Positions 1-8,900 of a DNA stretch of 64,000 nt are shown here, one piece after another (position 1 is the stretch's first letter; each line of letters begins with the position of its first letter). A program made the position numbers and the translations under genes. Source of the DNA: Eledone cirrhosa (lineage: Eukaryota). The stretch is from assembly GCA_964016885.1 (NCBI GenBank), contig OZ024743.1, positions 234,174,001-234,238,000 on the forward strand, written 5' to 3'. Below the pieces are notes generated by a model, which saw nothing but the letters and a program-made list of their open reading frames with translations, was not told the origin of the DNA and made no database searches.

Positions 1-2629
1 AATTACAGATCGATCCGACCACGGGCGGTCGGTTTGCGATTGAAAAGGTAACTCCGCCGGCAAATCGTCATTTTTGGATTCGTTTTCTTCGAAGCACACC
101 ATTCGCCGGCTGACTTTGTTGACGTTTAACACGGTTTGGTTCCACAGCCACAACTATTGATTTTAAGGAGATATCTTGCTGAAATTCACGCCACACATAG
201 CCAATGAGTGTCTGCACAGGTACCAGTAATTACAGATCGATCCGACCACGGGCGGCCGGCCCGCGATTGAAAAGGTAACTCCGCCGGCAAATCGTCATTT
301 TTGGATTCGTTTTCTTCGAAGCACACCATTCGCCGGCGGACTTTGTTGACGTTTAACACGGTTTGGTTCCACAGCCACAACTATTGATTTTACGGAGATA
401 TCTTGCTGAAATTCACGCCACACATAGCCAATGAGTGTCTGCACATGTACCAGTAATTACAGATCGATCCGACCACGGGCGGCCGGCCCGCGATTGAAAA
501 GGTAACTCCGCCGGCAAATCGTCATTTTTGGATTCGTTTTCTTCGAAGCACACCATTCGCCGGCTGACTTTGTTGACGTTTAACACGGTTTGGTTCCACA
601 GCCACAACTATTGATTTTAAGGAGATATCTTGCTGAAATTCACGCCACACATAGCCAATGAGTGTCTGCACAGGTACCAGTAATTACAGATCGATCCGAC
701 CACGGGCGGCCGGCCCGCGATTGAAAAGGTAACTCCGCCGGCAAATCGTCATTTTTGGATTCGTTTTCTTCGAAGCACACCATTCGCCGGCGGACTTTGT
801 TGACGTTTAACACGGTTTGGTTCCACAGCCACAACTATTGATTTTACGGAGATATCTTGCTGAAATTCACGCCACACATAGCCAATGAGTGTCTGCACAT
901 GTACCAGTAATTACAGATCGATCCGACCACGGGCGGCCGGCCCGCGATTGAAAAGGTAACTCCGCCGGCAAATCGTCATTTTTGGATTCGTTTTCTTCGA
1001 AGCACACCATTCGCCGGCGGACTTTGTTGACGTTTAACACGGTTTGGTTCCACAGCCACAACTATTGATTTTACGGAGATATCTTGCTGAAATTCACGCC
1101 ACACATAGCCAATGAGTGTCTGCACATGTACCAGTAATTACAGATCGATCCGACCACGGGCGGCCGGCCCGCGATTGAAAAGGTAACTCCGCCGGCAAAT
1201 CGTCATTTTTGGATTCGTTTTCTTCGAAGCACACCATTCGCCGGCTGACTTTGTTGACGTTTAACACGGTTTGGTTCCACAGCCACAACTATTGATTTTA
1301 AGGAGATATCTTGCTGAAATTCACGCCACACATAGCCAATGAGTGTCTGCACATGTACCAGTAATTACAGATCGATCCGACCACGGACGGCCGGCCCGCG
1401 ATTGAAAAGGTAACTCCGCCGGCAAATCGTCATTTTTGGATTCGTTTTCTTCGAAGCACACCATTCGCCGGCGGACTTTGTTGACGTTTAACACGGTTTG
1501 GTTCCACAGCCACAACTATTGACTTTAAGGAGATATCTTGCTGAAATTCGCGCCACACATAGCCAATGAGTGTCTGCACATGTACCAGTAATTACAGATC
1601 GATCCGACCACGGGCGGCCGGCCCGCGATTGAAAAGGTAACTCCGCCGGCAAATCGTCATTTTTGTGATCCGTTTTCTTCGAAGCACACCATTCGCCGCC
1701 GGACTCCAGCTGCCTCATTTAGCATGGGCAGTTTTTTTTGAAAATCACACCACACACAACCAATGTGTGTCTGCACATGTACCAGTAATTACAGATCGAT
1801 CCCACCACGGGCGGCCGGCCCACAATTGAAAAGGTTACTCCGCCTGCAAATCGTCATTTTCGGATTCGTTTTCTTCGAAGCACACCATTCGCCGGCGGAC
1901 TTCAGCTGCCTCATTTAGCATGGGCAGTTTTTCTTGAAGATCACACCACACACAGCCAATGAGTGTCTGCACATGTACCAGTAATTAGAGATCGATCCGA
2001 CCACGGGCGGCCGGCCCACGATCGAGAAAAAGGTAACTCCGCCGGCAAATCGTCATTTTTGTGATCCGTTTTCTTCGAAGCACACCATTCGCCGGCGGAC
2101 TTCAGCTGCCTCATTTAGCATGGGCAGTTTTTCTTGAAAATCACACCACACACAACCAATGTGTGTCTGCACATGTACCAGTAATTACAGATCGATCCGA
2201 CCACGGGCGGCCGGCCCGCGATTGAAAAGGTAACTCCGCCGGCAAATCGTCATTTTTGTGATTCGTTTTCTTCGAAGCACACCATTCGCCGCCGGACTTC
2301 AGCTGCCTCATTTAGCATGGGCAGTTTTTTTTGAAAATCACACCACACACAACCAATGTGTGTCTGCACATGTACCAGTAATTACAGATCGATCCGACCA
2401 CGGGCGGCCGGCCCGCGATTGAAAAGGTAACTCCGCCGGCAAATCGTCAATTTTGTGATTCGTTTTCTTCGAAGCACACCATTCGCCGGCGGACTTTGTT
2501 GACCTTTAACACGGTTTGGTTCCACAGCCACAACTATTGATTTTAAGGAGATATCTTGCTGAAATTCACGCCACACATAGCCAATGAGTGTCTGCACATG
2601 TACCAGTAATTACAGATCGATCCGACCAC
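1..2629 (-). repeat. Same satellite family in reverse-complement orientation (about 12 units, mixed 227-bp and ~197-bp types)
   Basis: The anchor AATTA(C/G)AGATCGATCC occurs at 1, 228, 455, 682, 909, 1136, 1363, 1590, 1787, 1983, 2183, 2380 and 2608. The sequence is the reverse complement of the monomer right of the gap. Confidence 0.98.
1590..2379 (-). repeat. Four divergent short monomers (197, 196, 200, 197 bp) of a second satellite subfamily
   Basis: Anchor spacing is 1590-1787-1983-2183-2380. After CGCCGG(C/CG)GACT the canonical segment TTGTTGACGTTTAAC...GAGATATCTTGC is replaced by CAGCTGCCTCATTTAGCATGGGCAGTTTTT(T/C)TT. There are further substitutions such as TTTTGTGAT and CACACCACACACAACCAATGTG. 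Confidence 0.95.
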
Positions 2630-2829
2630 NNNNNNNNNNNNNNNNNNNNNNNNNNNNNNNNNNNNNNNNNNNNNNNNNNNNNNNNNNNNNNNNNNNNNNN
2701 NNNNNNNNNNNNNNNNNNNNNNNNNNNNNNNNNNNNNNNNNNNNNNNNNNNNNNNNNNNNNNNNNNNNNNNNNNNNNNNNNNNNNNNNNNNNNNNNNNNN
2801 NNNNNNNNNNNNNNNNNNNNNNNNNNNNN
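2630..2829. other. Assembly/scaffold gap (200 N, probably of unknown true size)
   Basis: Exactly 200 N. A round fixed length is typical of a scaffolding or curation join. Repeat orientation and phase differ on the two sides. Confidence 0.97.
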
Positions 2830-2885
2830 TCCGTAAAATCAATAGTTGTGGCTGTGGAACCAAACCGTGTTAAACGTCAACAAAG

Positions 2886-2946
2886 TCCGCCGGCGAATGG
2901 TGTGCTTCGAAGAAAACGAATCCAAAAATGACGATTTGCCGGCGGA
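2886..2946. repeat. Intra-monomer 13-bp inverted repeat (present in every unit; first + strand copy given)
   Basis: TCCGCCGGCGAAT (2886-2898) matches the reverse complement of ATTTGCCGGCGGA (2934-2946) at 12/13 positions, with a 35-nt spacer. It extends to 16/20. Confidence 0.9.
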
Positions 2947-5900
2947 GTTACCTTTTCAATCGCGGGCCGGCCGCCCGTGGTCGGATCGATCTGTAATTAC
3001 TGGTACCTGTGCAGACACTCATTGGCTATGGGTGGCGTGAATTTCAGCAAGATATCTCCGTAAAATCAATAGTTGTGGCTGTGGAACCAAACCGTGTTAA
3101 ACGTCAGCAAAGTCCGCCGGCGAATGGTGTGCTTCGAAGAAAACGAATCCAAAAATGACGATTTGCCGGCGGAGTTACCTTTTCAATCGCGGGCCGGCCG
3201 CCCGTGGTCGGATCGATCTGTAATTACTGGCACATGTGCAGACACTCATTGGCTATGGGTGGCGTGAATTTCAGCAAGATATCTCCGTAAAATCAATAGT
3301 TGTGGCTGTGGAACCAAACCGTGTTAAACGTCAACAAAGTCCGCCGGCGAATGGTGTGCTTCGAAGAAAACGAATCCAAAAATGACGATTTGCCGGCGGA
3401 GTTACCTTTTCAATCGCGGGCCGGCCGCCCGTGGTCGGATCGATCTGTAATTACTGGTAGATGTGCAGACACTCATTGGCTATGGGTGGCGTGAATTTCA
3501 GCAAGATATCTCCGTAAAATCAATAGTTGTGGCTGTGGAACCAAACCGTGTTAAACGTCAGCAAAGTCCGCCGGCGAATGGTGTGCTTCGAAGAAAACGA
3601 ATCCAAAAATGACGATTTGCCGGCGGAGTTACCTTTTCAATCGCGGGCCGGCCGCCCGTGGTCGGATCGATCTGTAATTACTGGTACATGTGCAGACACT
3701 CATTGGCTATGGGTGGCGTGAATTTCAGCAAGATATCTCCGTAAAATCAATAGTTGTGGCTGTGGAACCAAACCGTGTTAAACGTCAACAAAGTCCGCCG
3801 GCGAATGGTGTGCTTCGAAGAAAACGAATCCAAAAATGACGATTTGCCGGCGGAGTTACCTTTTCAATCGCGGGCCGGCCGCCCGTGGTCGGATCGATCT
3901 GTAATTACTGGTACCTGTGCAGACACTCATTGGCTATGGGTGGCGTGAATTTCAGCAAGATATCTCCGTAAAATCAATAGTTGTGGCTGTGGAACCAAAC
4001 CGTGTTAAACGTCAGCAAAGTCCGCCGGCGAATGGTGTGCTTCGAAGAAAACGAATCCAAAAATGACGATTTGCCGGCGGAGTTACCTTTTCAATCGCGG
4101 GCCGGCCGCCCGTGGTCGGATCGATCTGTAATTACTGGTACATGTGCAGACACTCATTGGCTATGGGTGGCGTGAATTTCAGCAAGATATCTCCGTAAAA
4201 TCAATAGTTGTGGCTGTGGAACCAAACCGTGTTAAACGTCAACAAAGTCCGCCGGCGAATGGTGTGCTTCGAAGAAAACGAATCCAAAAATGACGATTTG
4301 CCGGCGGAGTTACCTTTTCAATCGCGGGCCGGCCGCCCGTGGTCGGATCGATCTGTAATTACTGGTACATGTGCAGACACTCATTGGCTATGGGTGGCAT
4401 GAATTTCAGCAAGATATCTCCGTAAAATCAATAGTTGTGGCTGTGGAACCAAACCGTGTTAAACGTCAACAAAGTCCGCCGGCGAATGGTGTGCTTCGAA
4501 GAAAACGAATCCAAAAATGACGATTTGCCGGCGGAGTTACCTTTTCAATCGCGGGCCGGCCGCCCGTGGTCGGATCGATCTGTAATTACTGGTACCTGTG
4601 CAGACACTCATTGGCTATGGGTGGCGTGAATTTCAGCAAGATATCTCCGTAAAATCAATAGTTGTGGCTGTGGAACCAAACCGTGTTAAACGTCAGCAAA
4701 GTCCGCCGGCGAATGGTGTGCTTCGAAGAAAACGAATCCAAAAATGACGATTTGCCGGCGGAGTTACCTTTTCAATCGCGGGCCGGCCGCCCGTGGTCGG
4801 ATCGATCTGTAATTACTGGTACATGTGCAGACACTCATTGGCTATGGGTGGCGTGAATTTCAGCAAGATATCTCCGTAAAATCAATAGTTGTGGCTGTGG
4901 AACCAAACCGTGTTAAACGTCAACAAAGTCCGCCGGCGAATGGTGTGCTTCGAAGAAAACGAATCCAAAAATGACGATTTGCCGGCGGAGTTACCTTTTC
5001 AATCGCGGGCCGGCCGCCCGTGGTCGGATCGATCTGTAATTACTGGTACATGTGCAGACACTCATTGGCTATGTGTGGCGTGAATTTCAGCAAGATATCT
5101 CCGTAAAATCAATAGTTGTGGCTGTGGAACCAAACCGTGTTAAACGTCAACAAAGTCTGCCGGCGAATGGTGTGCTTCGAAGAAAACGAATCCAAAAATG
5201 ACGATTTGCCGGCGGAGTTACCTTTTCAATCGCGGGCCGGCCGCACGTGGTCGGATCGTTCTGTAATTACTGGTACCTGTGCAGACACTCATTGGCTATG
5301 GGTGGCGTGAATTTCAGCAAGATATCTCCGTAAAATCAATAGTTGTGGCTGTGGAACCAAACCGTGTTAAACGTCAACAAAGTCCGCCGGCGAATGGTGT
5401 GCTTCGAAGAAAACGAATCCAAAAATGACGATTTGCCGGCGGAGTTACCTTTTCAATCGCGGGCCGGCCGCCCGTGGTCGGATCGATCTGTAATTACTGG
5501 TACATGTGCAGACACTCATTGGCTATGTGTGGCGTGAATTTCAGCAAGATATCTCCGTAAAATCAATAGTTGTGGCTGTGGAACCAAACCGTGTTAAACG
5601 TCAGCAAAGTCCGCCGGCAAATGGTGTGCTTCGAAGAAAACGAATCCAAAAATGACGATTTGCCGGCGGAGTTACCTTTTCAATCGCGGGCCGGCCGCCC
5701 GTGGTCGGATCGATCTGTAATTACTGGTACATGTGCAGACACTCATTGGCTATGTGTGGCGTGAATTTCAGCAAGATATCTCCGTAAAATCAATAGTTGT
5801 GGCTGTGGAACCAAACCGTGTTAAACGTCAGCAAAGTCCGCCGGCGAATGGTGTGCTTCGAAGAAAACGAATCCAAAAATGACGATTTGCCGGCGGAGTT

Positions 5901-8900
5901 ACCTTTTCAATCGCGGGCCGGCCGCCCGTGGTCGGATCGATCTGTAATTACTGGTACATGTGCAGACACTCATTGGCTATGGGTGGCGTGAATTTCAGCA
6001 AGATATCTCCGTAAAATCAATAGTTGTGGCTGTGGAACCAAACCGTGTTAAACGTCAACAAAGTCCGCCGGCGAATGGTGTGCTTCGAAGAAAACGAATC
6101 CAAAAATGACGATTTGCCGGCGGAGTTACCTTTTCAATCGCGGGCCGGCCGCCCGTGGTCGGATCGATCTGTAATTACTGGTACCTGTGCAGACACTCAT
6201 TGGCTATGGGTGGCGTGAATTTCAGCAAGATATCTCCGTAAAATCAATAGTTGTGGCTGTGGAACCAAACCGTGTTAAACGTCAGCAAAGTCCGCCGGCG
6301 AATGGTGTGCTTCGAAGAAAACGAATCCAAAAATGACGATTTGCCGGCGGAGTTACCTTTTCAATCGCGGGCCGGCCGCCCGTGGTCGGATCGATCTGTA
6401 ATTACTGGTACATGTGCAGACACTCATTGGCTATGGGTGGCGTGAATTTCAGCAAGATATCTCCGTAAAATCAATAGTTGTGGCTGTGGAACCAAACCGT
6501 GTTAAACGTCAACAAAGTCCGCCGGCGAATGGTGTGCTTCGAAGAAAACGAATCCAAAAATGACGATTTGCCGGCGGAGTTACCTTTTCAATCGCGGGCC
6601 GGCCGCCCGTGGTCGGATCGATCTGTAATTACTGGTAGATGTGCAGACACTCATTGGCTATGGGTGGCGTGAATTTCAGCAAGATATCTCCGTAAAATCA
6701 ATAGTTGTGGCTGTGGAACCAAACCGTGTTAAACGTCAGCAAAGTCCGCCGGCGAATGGTGTGCTTCGAAGAAAACGAATCCAAAAATGACGATTTGCCG
6801 GCGGAGTTACCTTTTCAATCGCGGGCCGGCCGCCCGTGGTCGGATCGATCTGTAATTACTGGTACATGTGCAGACACTCATTGGCTATGGGTGGCGTGAA
6901 TTTCAGCAAGATATCTCCGTAAAATCAATAGTTGTGGCTGTGGAACCAAACCGTGTTAAACGTCAACAAAGTCCGCCGGCGAATGGTGTGCTTCGAAGAA
7001 AACGAATCCAAAAATGACGATTTGCCGGCGGAGTTACCTTTTCAATCGCGGGCCGGCCGCCCGTGGTCGGATCGATCTGTAATTACTGGTACCTGTGCAG
7101 ACACTCATTGGCTATGGGTGGCGTGAATTTCAGCAAGATATCTCCGTAAAATCAATAGTTGTGGCTGTGGAACCAAACCGTGTTAAACGTCAGCAAAGTC
7201 CGCCGGCGAATGGTGTGCTTCGAAGAAAACGAATCCAAAAATGACGATTTGCCGGCGGAGTTACCTTTTCAATCGCGGGCCGGCCGCCCGTGGTCGGATC
7301 GATCTGTAATTACTGGTACATGTGCAGACACTCATTGGCTATGGGTGGCGTGAATTTCAGCAAGATATCTCCGTAAAATCAATAGTTGTGGCTGTGGAAC
7401 CAAACCGTGTTAAACGTCAACAAAGTCCGCCGGCGAATGGTGTGCTTCGAAGAAAACGAATCCAAAAATGACGATTTGCCGGCGGAGTTACCTTTTCAAT
7501 CGCGGGCCGGCCGCCCGTGGTCGGATCGATCTGTAATTACTGGTACATGTGCAGACACTCATTGGCTATGTGTGGCGTGAATTTCAGCAAGATATCTCCG
7601 TAAAATCAATAGTTGTGGCTGTGGAACCAAACCGTGTTAAACGTCAACAAAGTCTGCCGGCGAATGGTGTGCTTCGAAGAAAACGAATCCAAAAATGACG
7701 ATTTGCCGGCGGAGTTACCTTTTCAATCGCGGGCCGGCCGCACGTGGTCGGATCGATCTGTAATTACTGGTACCTGTGCAGACACTCATTGGCTATGGGT
7801 GGCGTGAATTTCAGCAAGATATCTCCGTAAAATCAATAGTTGTGGCTGTGGAACCAAACCGTGTTAAACGTCAACAAAGTCCGCCGGCGAATGGTGTGCT
7901 TCGAAGAAAACGAATCCAAAAATGACGATTTGCCGGCGGAGTTACCTTTTCAATCGCGGGCCGGCCGCCCGTGGTCGGATCGATCTGTAATTACTGGTAC
8001 ATGTGCAGACACTCATTGGCTATGTGTGGCGTGAATTTCAGCAAGATATCTCCGTAAAATCAATAGTTGTGGCTGTGGAACCAAACCGTGTTAAACGTCA
8101 GCAAAGTCCGCCGGCAAATGGTGTGCTTCGAAGAAAACGAATCCAAAAATGACGATTTGCCGGCGGAGTTACCTTTTCAATCGCGGGCCGGCCGCCCGTG
8201 GTCGGATCGATCTGTAATTACTGGTAGATGTGCAGACACTCATTGGCTATGGGTGGCGTGAATTTCAGCAAGATATCTCCGTAAAATCAATAGTTGTGGC
8301 TGTGGAACCAAACCGTGTTAAACGTCAACAAAGTCCGCCGGCGAATGGTGTGCTTCGAAGAAAACGAATCCAAAAATGACGATTTGCCGGCGGAGTTACC
8401 TTTTCAATCGCGGGCCGGCCGCCCGTGGTCGGATCGATCTGTAATTACTGGTACATGTGCAGACACTCATTGGCTATGTGTGGCGTGAATTTCAGCAAGA
8501 TATCTCCGTAAAATCAATAGTTGTGGTTGTGGAACCAAACCGTGTTAAACGTCAGCAAAGTCCGCCGGCGAATGGTGTGCTTCGAAGAAAACGAATCCAA
8601 AAATGACGATTTGCCGGCGGAGTTACCTTTTCAATCGCGGGCCGGCCGCCCGTGGTCGGATCGATCTGTAATTACTGGTACATGTGCAGACACTCATTGG
8701 CTATGGGTGGCGTGAATTTCAGCAAGATATCTCCGTAAAATCAATAGTTGTGGCTGTGGAACCAAACCGTGTTAAACGTCAGCAAAGTCCGCCGGCAAAT
8801 GGTGTGCTTCGAAGAAAACGAATCCAAAAATGACGATTTGCCGGCGGAGTTACCTTTTCAATCGCGGGCCGGCCGCCCGTGGTCGGATCGATCTGTAATT

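Noticed and set aside
198-256. CCAAT box (AGCCAATGAG) and GC box (GGGCGG) as a Pol II promoter in each unit
   Set aside because: These are short motifs expected by chance in 50% GC sequence, with no downstream gene or other support.
2898-2925. tRNA, 5S rRNA or SINE-derived Pol III gene array (GCTTCGAA...CGAATCC resembles a B box)
   Set aside because: There is no intact GTTCRANNC B box with a properly spaced A box, no cloverleaf and no similarity to 5S rRNA that I can recognise.
2543-2931. ORFs of 82-115 aa spanning the N run
   Set aside because: They are artefacts of translating through the assembly gap.
2830-3056. Hammerhead ribozyme, as in newt, schistosome and cave-cricket satellites
   Set aside because: No CUGANGA core on either strand. 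The nearest are CTGAAAT and the variants CTGACTT and CTGAATT.
1-5500. Giant palindrome or terminal inverted repeat centred on the gap
   Set aside because: The two sides are not mirror copies. They differ in phase and diagnostic alleles, the short units occur on the left only, and the centre is unsequenced.
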